A stretch of DNA of 64,000 nucleotides from Phyllobates terribilis (Eukaryota), in the NCBI RefSeq assembly GCF_046119375.1, contig NW_027362771.1, positions 116,374,001 through 116,438,000 on the forward strand. The letters run 5' to 3'. The translations under genes and the position numbers were made by a program. This document shows positions 46,095 through 58,258 of the stretch, piece after piece. Position 1 is the first letter of the stretch, and each line of letters opens with the position of its first letter. Below the pieces are notes generated by a model, which did no database searches, was not told the origin of the DNA, and saw nothing but the letters and a program-made list of their open reading frames with translations.

Positions 46095-48476
46095 CAGTGG
46101 TGGAAATAAGCATTATAATTAAGATAAATTTATTTCCATTTTGCAGTGAGAAATAAGTATTTGATCCCTCTGGCAAACAACACTTTAGGCTGAGTTCACA
46201 CGATGCGTTTTTAATGCGTTTCCGCGGCGTTTTTGCAGTTGCGGAAACGCATTAAAAACGCATGGTAGAAGGGCAGCAATGTTCCCCAATTGAAATCCGC
46301 ATGTGCTGTGCCCATGATGCGGATTTTTCCGCAGCGTAAACGCTGCGCTCAAAAATCCGCAGCATGTCAATTAATTTTGCGTAAACGCGGCGTTTTCGCC
46401 GCCATTGACTTGCATTAGAACGCGCCAATTCCGCAAGACTGCATTTGTACTTGCGCTATTGGCGCGTTCTAATGTGCGGATGGTACCCGAGTGTGGAGGA
46501 GAGGAGACTCTCCTCCACACCCAGGTACCATGAAAAAATCTGTAAAAAAAGAATAAAATAAAAAATAAATGTATACTTACCTTCTGTCGGCCCGCGCAGC
46601 GCTCCTGCTTGATTCCCGGCACTTTGCAGTGAGTTGAAGGACCAGCGCTGACGTCAGAGTCATGTGACGGGTCACGTGACGCTGACGTCGGCAGGTCTTT
46701 CAATTCAAAGTTGCCGGCGAGGGAGAACTGAGTGTAAAGCAGGACATCGGGGGCCATCAGAGGGTAAAGTATACATTTATTTTTTATTTTTACCATTCTC
46801 TCGGGTCACACTATATAAATCCATGCTGGTTGCATGGATTTATATAGTGTGACCTAGTTGTCAAGCACTTTCCAGGTGATGCTAAAATCGCCTGGAAAGC
46901 GCTTGTCAATCCGCATGCGGAAACGCATGTGGAAACGCATGTGAATCCGCAGGAAAAACGCATGCACAATCTGCATGCGTTTTTTCTGCCAGGGAGATGC
47001 AGAAATTATGCAGAAATTTTCTGCTTCATTTCTGCATCGTGTGCACATACCCTAATACTTGGTGAGAAATAAGTATTTGATCCCCTACAAACCATTATGA
47101 GTTCTGGCTCCTACAGACCAGTTAGACGCTCCTAATCAACTCGTTACCTGCATTAAAGACAGCTGTCTTACATAGTCACCTGTATAAAAGACTCCACAGT
47201 CCACAGACTCAATTAATCAGTCAGACTCTAACCTCTACAACATGGGCAAGACCAAAGAGCTTTCTAAGGATGTCAGGGACAAGATCAAAGAGCTTCACAA
47301 AGCTGGAATGGGCTACAAAACCATAAGTAAGACGCTGGGTGAGAAGGAGACATCTGTTGGTGCAATAGTAAGAAAATGGAAGAAATACAAAATGGCTGTC
47401 AATCGACATCGATCTGGGGCACCATGCAAAATCTCACCTTGTGGGGTATCCTTGATCGTGAGGAAGGTGAGAGATCAGCCTAAAACTACACGGGGGGAAC
47501 TTGTTAATGATCTCAAGGCAGCTGGGACCACAGTCACCAAGAAAACCATTGGTAACACATTACGCCTTAATTGTTTAAAATCCTGCAGTGCCCGCAAGGA
47601 CCCCCTGCTTAAGAAGGCACATGTGCAGGCCCATCTGGAGGTTGCCAATGAACACCTGGATGATTCTGTGAGTTATTGGGAGAAGGTGCTGTGGTCAGAT
47701 GAGACAAAAATTTAGCTCTTTGACATTAACTCAACTCGCCGTGTTTGGAGGAAGAAGGATGAGCACAACCCTAAGAACATCGTCCCAATCGTGAAGCATG
47801 GTGGGGCAAACATTATAATTTGGGGGTGCTTTTCTGCAAAGGGGACATGACGACTGCACCGTACTGAAGGGAAGATGGATGGGGTCATGTATCGTGAGAT
47901 TTTGGCCAACAATCTCCTTCCCTCAGTAAGAGCATTGAAGATGGGTCGTGGCTGGGTCTTCAGCAAGACAATGACCCAAAACATACAGCCAAGGCAACAA
48001 AGAAGTGGCTCAAGAAAAACAACAGTAAGGTCATGGAGTGGCCTAGCGATTCTCCAGACCTTAATCCCATAGAAAACTTATGGAGGGAGTTGAATCTCTG
48101 AGTGGCCAAGCGACAGCCTCAGAATCTTAATGATTTAGAGATGATCTGCAAAGAGGAGTGGACCAAAATTCCTCCTGACATGTGCGCAAACCTCATCATC
48201 AACTACAAAAAACGTCTGACTGCTTGTGCTTGCCAACCAGGGTTTTGCCACCAAGTATTAAGTGTTATTTGCCAGAGGGATCAAATACTTATTTCTCACT
48301 GCAAAATGCAAATAAATTTATCTAATTTATACAATGTGATTTTCTTGATTTTTTGGGGGATATTCTATCACTCAATGTTAAAATTAACCTACCCTTAAAG
48401 TTATAGACTGTTCATGTCTTTGTCAGTGGTCAAACTTACAAAAACAGCAAGGGATCCAATACTTATTTCCCCACAG
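46095..48476 (+). mobile_element. IR/DR Tc1-like transposon (defective), interrupted by a MITE
   Basis: Direct repeats aaataagtatttgatccc in both IRs; transposase [23 protein letters not shown] (47242-47715) plus frameshifted DDE remainder. Confidence 0.85.
46188..47052. mobile_element. Harbinger-type non-autonomous element
   Basis: ggctgagttcacacgatgc / gcatcgtgtgcacataccc termini; TWA flanks. Confidence 0.7.
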
Positions 48477-48884
48477 TATATATAAACCCCTATGCCTAGC
48501 AATTAGAGCGTTTTTTTCCTTAAAGTTTTTGATCAGACATTGTGCAGTATTTATTCCAAGCACTTTAGAAATAATTGCTACCTCATTTCCAATCAATGGA
48601 ATTTTGTCAATTATATTGCACTAATGGATAATTCAGGTATATAAAGCATTTGGCTTAGCATATCCTTATTTGCACTATAGCACTTTGTTGATAAATAATC
48701 ATTTCACTTTTTTGGAAATGTTCCTGATAATTTTTATATATTATAATTTGATCGTAATGCCATCATAATTGTGCGCATTTTTTAGTGGTACATATGAACT
48801 ATTGTATATATTTATCACCAATTTTCCCTAGGTTGTAATTTATTTACATACCTGTGACTATTTACCAAATCATGGGTAGTTTAA

Positions 48885-49816
48885 CCCCTTAGTGACCAAT
48901 AGACGTCTTTTTACTGACCTGCGATACAAGAGATTAATGTTCCCTGACAGGTGATTATCCTGTACATTATAGCTGACAACTTTCTGCATCAGATCAGTGT
49001 TGTCACCGACCATGCACGTTTAACCCCTTAGATTCTGCTGCCAATAGTGACTACAGAATCTAAATAGTTAAGAGTGTGGGGGCTTCCTCTTTAACCCCAT
49101 CGGTACCCTAAGATCTTAATTGTGTGGTCCTGATGTTTGCCATGGCAGCTCATGGCCAAAAACCAGCCTTGGAGTCTGCCGGCTATAGCGGCCTGTTCAG
49201 AAGTTCTCAAAATTTAGAAGGTAAAAAAACTTTATTCTTCTCATGCCACTTTCCATTACTTCCTGAAAAGAACCAGAAGGGTTAATGAATAATCCAAAAA
49301 CAAATTTTAAATACGTTGAGGGGTGCAGTTTTTAAAATTGTAAGACTTTTGGGTGATTTACCAACATATAGGACCCCCAAAGTCACTTCAAAACTGAACT
49401 GGTCCATATAAAAATACATTTTGTAAATTTCCTTGAAAAAATGACTGCTACATTTTTAAACCTTCTAACATGCTAACAAAATAAAACAGCGCTTTAAAAA
49501 AGGTGCTGAAGTAACGTAGACATAAGGGAAATGTTACTTATTAAGGTTTTTGTGTGGTGTGACTATTGGGATTAAAGGGATAGTCATTCAAAGTTTGAAA
49601 ATTGCAATTTTTAAAACATTTGTCAAATTGCTGATATTTTTATAAATAAGTACAAAACATATCAACCTAAATTTACCATTATTATAAAGTATCATGTGTC
49701 ACAAAAAAAAAAAAAAAAAAACGTAAAATCAATGGGATATGTTGAAACGTTCCAGAGTTATTACTACATAAAGGGACACTGGTCAGATTTCAAAAAATTG
49801 GTCCATCACTAAGGGG
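48885..49816. mobile_element. piggyBac-like non-autonomous element
   Basis: TTAA|ccccttagtgacc ... catcactaagggg termini. Confidence 0.55.
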
Positions 49817-51092
49817 TCATATATGGGTGAACTCCAGTGCTAGCTTACTTTCTTCTTTAATATGTGTTTCTTAATAATTTGTCAATAAAATGTATATTTT
49901 ATAATTTATTCATGTGTCACTTCTCGTACTTAGTAGGTTATATCCAGTACCTGGTAAGTTAGGCTAAATAATTACCCAATTTTTATATAGCTTAGGCGTC
50001 TGAGTCGGTTCATTTCATACTGACTCCATCAAAATAGACACTGACTCCAAAGCCCTCATTTTACATCAGTATTTGTAAGCGAGAACCAGGCGTGGGTGAT
50101 AAATACAGAAGTGGTGACGTGTTTCTATTATCCTTTTCCTCCGATTGTTCCTCTCCTGGTTTTGGCTTACAAATACTGAACATGTGAATATGGCCTTATT
50201 GTCTGGATCTGATATCGTTCCCCTCTAATGGCTATATTGGGCTTTGTTCACACTACATAGTCATGGCATAAAGGAGAGGCATACGAGTGAGTGTATACGG
50301 ATCATGTGACCCAATCATGGACATATGAAGAAAATATGACCATTGAAGCAAAAAACTATTGGAAAACGAAAGAAACACGCTTCAAAAACTGGTCAATTAT
50401 GTCATGAAAAATATTTATTTAATTTTAACAAGCATGGGTGATGTATCACAAGACACAAGAAATAATTAAAAACAATGCAGTAGAGAGGCACCAAAGGCGG
50501 AGGTGCAAATAGTAACCACAAAAACCCTTCTCTATATATGCTGCTGAAAAACAGAGAATGGACTTAATGAGAAATATGCCAGTGCCTAAATGGAAACAGG
50601 TATAATATTCAAAGAGTGCCAAGTGGCAAATACTGTCCAGTCAGGCATAATAGTCAGATCAATAGAGATTATATATGAAGTATACCATATATTATGCTTC
50701 AATCAATAAACACTGCTACATCAATTTATGCAAAAATGTATTGGCTGAATGTACCCGAATCTCACAGTATAATAGAACTGCTACATCAATTTGTGCAAAA
50801 ATGTATTGGCTAAAAATATCCAAATCATACAATATGATAGAATATAAATATTATCTAGATAGAAAAAATACCAAGTGGCAAATGTCTACAGATCATACAT
50901 TCAGGTAGGTAAACCAAAGGCATACCATCAGATATATCTAGTGCACAAGCATAACAAATAAAGCATTGGTACAAAAAATCCTCAGCCAGTGTATTCACCG
51001 CATCTAAATAAAGCAGCAAGAAATTCCTATATTAAGGGGAGTATAACAATCACTCACATCCACTATGGGTATGTATTACCTCCTCAATGGCG

Positions 51093-51140
51093 CATACCCG
51101 ACGCGCGTTTCGGCTCAGCTGCCCTCGTCAGGGGGTGGTC
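51093..51140 (-). ncRNA. Minimal type I hammerhead ribozyme (Penelope/retrozyme-type)
   Basis: Minus strand gaccacccc-CUGACGA-g-ggc agcuga gcc-GAAA-c gcgc g-UC-gggu: intact core, helix I ccc/ggg, helix II ggc/gcc, short helix III with palindromic loop, GUC cleavage triplet. Confidence 0.8.
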
Positions 51141-51566
51141 ACAATAGAAATAGCAGGGGTTTAAAAGGGACCATCTAACCAATAATGTGCGATGGTGTGG
51201 GATCACTACACCAATGTGTGTGAGATGAGCTTGTAGTGACGCATGCAAGTCGACGGCCACCCGCCGTGTCCACGGCAACCCCATCATGTGACCGATGACG
51301 CTCTGATTACATGGGAGTCACATGACCGGGCGCCGCCGGACACATATAGACAAGGCTGACGGAGACACAACAGGACGCCTCGAGAACATGCGTGCAACTC
51401 ATTGCACAGACATGAAGGTATCACAGAAGCATTATCACAAGTGAAACTATAAGCATTCAATAATCAATCAAGTGACTTATTATAGTCAATAGTGTAGAAT
51501 CCCAACGTGATAGTTATAAATATAGCAACAATAATTATATATGGAATAGTAAAGTGATAATGCAAA

Positions 51567-51569
<3 letters not shown>

Positions 51570-51606
<37 letters not shown>
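51570..51606. repeat. (TA)n microsatellite
   Basis: Direct reading; a second (TA)n(CA)n tract lies at 53217-53259. Confidence 0.95.
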
Positions 51607-51607
<1 letters not shown>

Positions 51608-51609
<2 letters not shown>

Positions 51610-53216
51610 TGTACAGACCAAAAGTTTGGACACACCTCATTTAAAGATTATTCTATATTTTCATGACTATGAAAATTGTACATTCACACTGAAGGCATCA
51701 AAACTATGAATTAACACATGTGGAATTATATACTTAACAAAAAAGTGTGAAACAACTGAAAATATGTCTTATATTCTAGGTTCTTCAAAGTAGCCACCTT
51801 TTGCTTTGATGACTGCTTTGCACACTCTTGGCATTCTCTTGATGAGCTTCAAGAGGTAGTCACCGGAAATGGTTTTCACTTCACGGGTGTGCCCTGTCAG
51901 GTTTAATAAGTGGGAATTCTTGCCTTATAAATGGGGTTGGGACCATCAGTTGTGTTGTGCAGAAGTCTGGTGGATACACAGCTGAAAGTCCTACTGAATA
52001 GACTGTTAGAATTGGTATTATGGCAAGAAAAAAGCAGCTAAGTAAAGAAAAACGAGTGGCCATCATTACTTTAAGAAATGAAGGTCAGTCAGTCTGAAAA
52101 ATTGGGCAAACTTTGAAAGTGTCCCCAAGTGCAGTTGCAAAAACCATCAAGCGCGAAAAAGAAACTGGCTCACATGAGGACCCCCCCAGGAAAGGAAGAC
52201 CAAGAGTCACCTCTGCTTCTGAGGATAAGTTTATCCGAGTCACCAGCCTCAGAAATCTCAGGTTAACAGCAGCTCAGATTAGAGACCAGGTCAATGCCAC
52301 ACACAGTTCTAGCAGCAGACACATCTCTACAACAACTGTTAAGAGAAGACTTTGTGCAGCAGGCCTTCATGGTAAAATAGCTGCTAGGAAACCACTGCTA
52401 AGGACAGGCAACAAGCAGAAGAGACTTGTTTGGGCTAAAGAATACAAGGAATGGACATTAGACCAGTGGAAATCTGTGCTTTGGTCTGATGAGTCCAAAT
52501 TTGAGATCTTTGGTTCCAACCAGAAAATGTGAACGGATGGACTCTACATGCCTGGTTCCCACCGTGAAGCATGGAGGAGGAGGTGTGATGGTGTGGGGGT
52601 GCTTTGCTGGTGACACTGTTGGGGATTTATTCAAAATTGAAGGCATACTGAACCAGCATGGCTACCACAGCATCTTGCAGCGGCATGCTATTCCATCCGG
52701 TTTGCGTTTAGTTGGACCATCATTTATTTTTCAACAGGACAATGACCCCAAACACACCTCCAGGCTGTGTAAGGGCTATTTGACCAAGAAGGAGAGTGAT
52801 GGGGTGCTACGCCAGATGACCTGGCCTCCAGTCACCAGACCTGAACCCAATCGAGATGGTTTGGGGTGAGCTGGACCGCAGAGTGAAGGCAAAAGGGCCA
52901 ACAAGTGCTAAGCATCTCTGGGAACTCCTTCAAAATTGTTGGAAGACCATTTCCGGTGACTACCTCTTGAAGCTCATCATCAAGAGAATTCCAAGAGTGT
53001 GCAAAGCAGTCATCAAAGCAAAAGGTGGCTACTTTGAAGAACCTAGAATATAAGACATATTTTCAGTTGTTTCGCACTGTTTTGTTAAGTATATAATTCC
53101 ACATGTGTTAATTCATAGTTTTGATGCCTTCAGTGTGAATGTACAATTTTCAAAGTCATGAAAATACAGAAAAATCTTTGAATGAGAAGCAGTGTCCAAA
53201 CTTTTGGTCTGTACTG
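51608..53216 (+). mobile_element. Tc1-like transposon (defective)
   Basis: TIR tacagaccaaaagtttggacac / gtgtccaaacttttggtctgtactg; [25 protein letters not shown] motifs with frameshifts and deletion. Confidence 0.9.
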
Positions 53217-53220
53217 TATA

Positions 53221-53257
<37 letters not shown>

Positions 53258-53259
<2 letters not shown>

Positions 53260-54872
53260 GTTAGGTCCATAAACAAAGACAAAGACAACATTTTTCTAAT
53301 TTTGGTTCTAGACATTACCACAATGAATTTTAAACAAAACAATTCAGATGCAGTTGAAGTTCAGACTTTCAGCTTTCATTTGAGGGTATCCACATTAAAA
53401 TTGGATGAAGGGTTTAGGAGTTTCAGCTCCTTAACATGTGCCACCCTGTTTTTAAAGGGACCAAAAGTAATTGGACAATTGACTCCAAGGCTATTTCATG
53501 GACAGGTGTGGGCAATCCCTTCATTATGTCATTTTCAATTAAGCAGATAAAAGGCCTGGAGTTGATTTGAGGTGTGGTGCTTGCATTTGGAAGGTTTTGC
53601 TGTGAAGTAAACATGCGGTCAAAGGAGCTCTCCATGCAGGTGAAACAAGCCATCCTTAAGCTGCAAAAAAACAGAAGAAAAAACATCCGAGAAATTGCTA
53701 CAATATTCGGAGTGGCAAAATCTACAGTTTGGTACATCCTAAGAAAGAAAGCACTCGTGAACTCATCAATGCAGAAAGACCTGGGCGCCCACGGAAAACA
53801 ACAGTGGTGGATGATCGCAGAATAATCTCCATGGTGAAGAGAAACCGCTTCATAACAGCCAACCAAGTGAACAACACTCTCCAGGAGGTAGGCGTATCAA
53901 TATCCAGATCTACCATAAAGAGAAGACTGCATGAAAGTAAATACAGAGGGTTCACTGCACGGTGCAAGCCACTCATAAGCATCAAGAATAAAAAGGCTAG
54001 ACTGGACTTTGCTAAAAAAAAATATAAAAAAGCCAGCACAGTTCTGGAAGAACATTCTTTGGACAGATGAAACCAAGATCAACCTCTACCAGAATGATGG
54101 AAAGAGAAAAGTATGGCGAAGGCGTGGTACAGCTCATGATCCAAAGCATACCACATCATCTGTAAAACACGGTGGAGGCAGTGTGATGGCTTGGGCATGC
54201 ATGGCTGCCAGTGGCACTGGGTCACTAGTGTTTATTGATGATGTGACACAGGACAGAAGCAGCCGAATGAATTCTGATGTTTTCAGAGCCATACTGTGTG
54301 CTCAGATCCAGCCAAAAGCATAAAGCCAAAGCAACCCAGGAGTTTATTAAAGCAAAGAAGTGGAATATTCTTGAATGGCCAAGTCAGTCACCTGATCTCA
54401 ACCCAATTGAGCATGCATTTCACTTGTTAAAGACTAAACTTCAGACAGAAAGGCCAACAAACAAACAGCAACTGAAAACCACTGCAGTGAAGGTCTGGCA
54501 GAGCATCAAAAAGGAGGAGGCAGAGCATCAAAAAGGAGGAAACACAGCGTTTGGTGATGTCCATGAGTTCAAGACTTCAGGCAGTCATTGCCAACAAAGG
54601 GTTTTCAACCAAGTACTAGAAATGAACATTTTATTTACAATTATTTAATCTGTCCAATTACTTTTGGTCCCTTTAAAAACAGGGTGGCACATGTTAAGGA
54701 GCTGAAACTCCTAAACCCTTCATCCAATTTTAATGTGGATACCCTCAAATTAAAGCTGAAAGTCTGAACTTCAACTGCATCTGAATTGTTTTGTTTAAAA
54801 TTCATTGTGGTAATGTCTAGAGCGAAAATTAGAAAAATGTTGTCTCTGTCCAAATATATATGGACCTAACTG
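53258..54872 (+). mobile_element. IR/DR Tc1-like transposon (defective)
   Basis: TIR cagttaggtccata / tatggacctaactg; [22 protein letters not shown]; the segment with the second catalytic D is deleted near 54317. Confidence 0.9.
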
Positions 54873-55534
54873 TATATATACGAGATACATCAAAATAAAC
54901 ATAACACTGAATATTAATAAAAAAAAACTATATATATATATGCACAAAGATATATATATGCCATACAGTGTAAAATAAAATAATTAATGACATAAATAGC
55001 ACAAATAGATATAAAAATGCAAAAATATATAAACAAAAAAAGTGTAACCACATATTAAAGTGACAGTGCATAAATAATACATTTCATCACATTATGATAG
55101 ACAGATCCCATACATGTCCGACTTGAGAGGAACATCTCATATAGTATAATTGACATGATACATTTTATTTGTTCACACTACGTCTGAGTCATACGTTTAC
55201 CGTTACACAGGGAAATGCTCCTGGTGTAAGCGTAAGATGCATCCATATGGCTCCATTTACCTAAAGGCTAGAGTTTCCTTTTGGCCTCCTTCGGGTTCAG
55301 ATACATCAATATACACCCGCCCCTTCTTTTTTTTTTTTTAAGTGGTGTAGAATTGGGCAACATATGCCATTGTATACATGTACAGTGGCATAAATCATTG
55401 GCACACATCAGTCAACATTCTTTAACATTAAAAAGATTCCTGCTGTCAGAGCTGTCTTTTGTGGCTGAGATCCCCGGCCTGGAATCCTGGGCGGCTCTTC
55501 TGCTTCATAGACCCCACATCATGACGTCACATTA

Positions 55535-56301
55535 GGGTATGTGCACACATTAAAGAAGTTGTCCACCACTTGGACAACTCCTTGTCATCCCCCACACTTG
55601 GCCCCCGATAAAATAAAAAAAAGCTTATACTCACCTCCCTGCTGGCACTGTTCCCGTGGTGTTGGTACTCGCTCACCATGGGACTCCCGTGTTGTTGTGA
55701 CACGTGACCCCGACGCCCAGTAAGCGCTGGTGTCACTGTCTCCGCCTTCAGACAAATCAAACATGAAGAGGAAGTCTGGGCTGCGGCTGATCTCTCACTT
55801 CCTCTTCATGTTCAATTCGACAGGAGGAGAGGACAGTGACGCCAGCGTTGATTGGGTGCCAGGGTCACGGGTCACAACAACATGGGAGCCCCGGGAAGAG
55901 CGGGTGCTGGAACGGGAGGAGAGTATAGGCTTTTTTATTTTAAACCAGAGCCAAACATCAAGAAGTGGTTGTCCAAGTCATCAACAACCCCTTTAAGTAT
56001 TTGGTGCAAACATTTCAGAACCATTTCTGCATCTCTTGGCAGGAAAAATGCAGGCGCAAAAACGCACATTTTTTTGGTGCAGATTTTTCCCCACTCATTA
56101 GTATGGGTGAAATCTGCTTCGAAAACACTGAATAACATGCTGCAGATTTATATCTGCCCCAAATCTACAAGTCACAGGCAACGTGTGCATGACACTTCAG
56201 GGTTCTCAATCACTTTCTTGGCATCAGGAAACCTTTTAGGTTTTGTGACAAATCTGCACTGAAAAAAAAAAGCAGCAAAAATGTAACGTGTGCACACAGC
56301 C
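55535..56301. mobile_element. Harbinger-type MITE with a nested Kolobok/T2-type MITE (55554-55992)
   Basis: TTA|gggtatgtgcacac ... gtgtgcacacagcc|TTA; inner element flanked by TTAA on both sides. Confidence 0.7.
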
Positions 56302-58258
56302 TTAGGCCTAGTAACTAGGCATCACAAGACGTCCTAACATCAATGAACCCAACAAGTGCAAGAGGATGACGGCAGAAGTGAAGACTGCCCTAGTCTACAG
56401 CGGACCGAACTGAACACCAGACAAGGACAGTGCAAATCTTTTTGCTCAACTCTACTCCTGACGTATACAATGTACAGGAAAACAGGAAAAAAAATTCCCG
56501 GTAGGATGACATGATAAAAAAAATTTGGCAATACCAACACTTTTTTGTATTTTAAATTTTACAGCTTTCATTTTGCAGTAAATAACCTGGAAATAAGATT
56601 GTCAACACGATTACGGCAATACAAAGACAGCATAGATTGATTTTCTTCTAGTTAAGTGATGGAAAAAAATGGCAGAAAAAAAAAAAACACTTTCTTGTTT
56701 TCTTTGTGTCACTATTTTCGGAGACACATAACTTTTATACTTTACCATTGCTAGAGCGGTTTCAGCGCTTGCTTTTTGTGTTGTGAGTCAACAATTTTTA
56801 TCGATTCCAAGTTGGGGTACATATACAATCGCTTTTTATGGCATTTTCTTAGGGCGATGACCAAAAAAAAACGCAATACTGCCGTTTTGATTTTTTTTTT
56901 TTCCTCTTGATTTTATATTTTGATTGAGCCGACTTTTGTTCACTTGGTGAAACCAAATATCTTTTTTTTTAAGTTTAATTATACTTGAACCTGCGATTGT
57001 TTGATCCCTTATACTGCAAAACAACAGTTTTACAGCATATAGTGAAAATCTCAGTCTCCTATACAGCTCAGCCACAGAAGTAACCAGATAGTAGCCATGG
57101 TGGGCTTCAGCAAGTCCCTGGCTGCCAATGTAGCCAATTGGTATCTCATGATTGCGTTCTCGGGGGCCAAAGGACCCCAGTATGTGCACACCAGCAACAG
57201 ATCGGCTGCATCCAAAGAACAACTCTGACTGCTAGACAGATGCCCACTCTAACCTGGCCAACATCTACATCATGTGTGCAGGCTCAGGTCCTGAGCCCCC
57301 TTCACAACTATACGGACCACTGTCCAGGATGTTTACTCACATCCGAATGCATGAAAGGGTTAAACCGTGCACTGGTCATACATGCAGCCTCCATTTGGGG
57401 TTTATGGGACTGATAAAGACAAGTGCAGCACTGGAGTAATAGGGGGATGTGGTCACTATGGGTAATGGAAACACAGTGGCACTCTTTACATGTGGGCAGT
57501 CCTTACCTAGGGTGGCACACTGCAAACTTGTATGTATGGGCAGAATATTTATACCTATCACCGGATAATGCAGGCAGCACATTGCCTTCCACAGGCCGTA
57601 TCTCCACACCGCCCTCACGTACCAGCAGGGGGCGCAGTAATGTCTCACACCCTGCCATGGGTCTACATGTCCTCACCTTCTCCGTAATCCGGCTCGTATA
57701 CACCGTGAGGACGAGCCGTCTTATCTGCCCACTAGCACGGAAGGAATTGGTCACTAGAGGTCCACGTCCGTCTGTCTCCGCACATAAAGAACGCCTTTCA
57801 CAGCAGCAGCCACCTCCCCGGAGTATACAGGCTATACAATACTATAGCAGGACTTCAACAATATGGCTGCCACATACAGACGCTAGCTTTCTGTGCTGCT
57901 CAGTCTCACTATTTTTCGTGTAACTAGGGTTGGAAAAGCATACAGAACTTTTCTTGTAAAATACTCTTTTGGTGTTATGGGTTTTGTTTTGCAATACTAT
58001 GAAGTGAGCTTAGCGTGAAGCTCTATATGAACGTATACATAACATCAGATTTTCTCGGTTCAGTTGAGCTTAAAATCTTCACAAAAATGCCAGGACTAAG
58101 GAATAGTACAATTTGGATGGTTTTCCATTTTATATGTGTATGGGAGCAATGTGGCTGTCTTTATGGAGGAACTATGGTTGTTTTTACGGGGGTACTGTTA
58201 ATGTAATTAAGTAGAAACAGACTTTATGGGAGCACTATAGCTGTTACTATGGGGCTAT

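Larger units (their letters stand above)
44181..50057. mobile_element. hAT MITE split into 44181-44498 and 49934-50057
   Basis: cagggcagtagagtcgg / gactccaaagccct termini; 8-bp TSD ATTTTACA (44173-80, 50058-65). Confidence 0.8.
44151..50186. mobile_element. Harbinger-type MITE split into 44151-44180 and 50058-50186 by nested insertions
   Basis: ggccacattcacacg / catgtgaatatggcc termini; the joined halves match the related copy at ~60824-61005. Confidence 0.75.
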
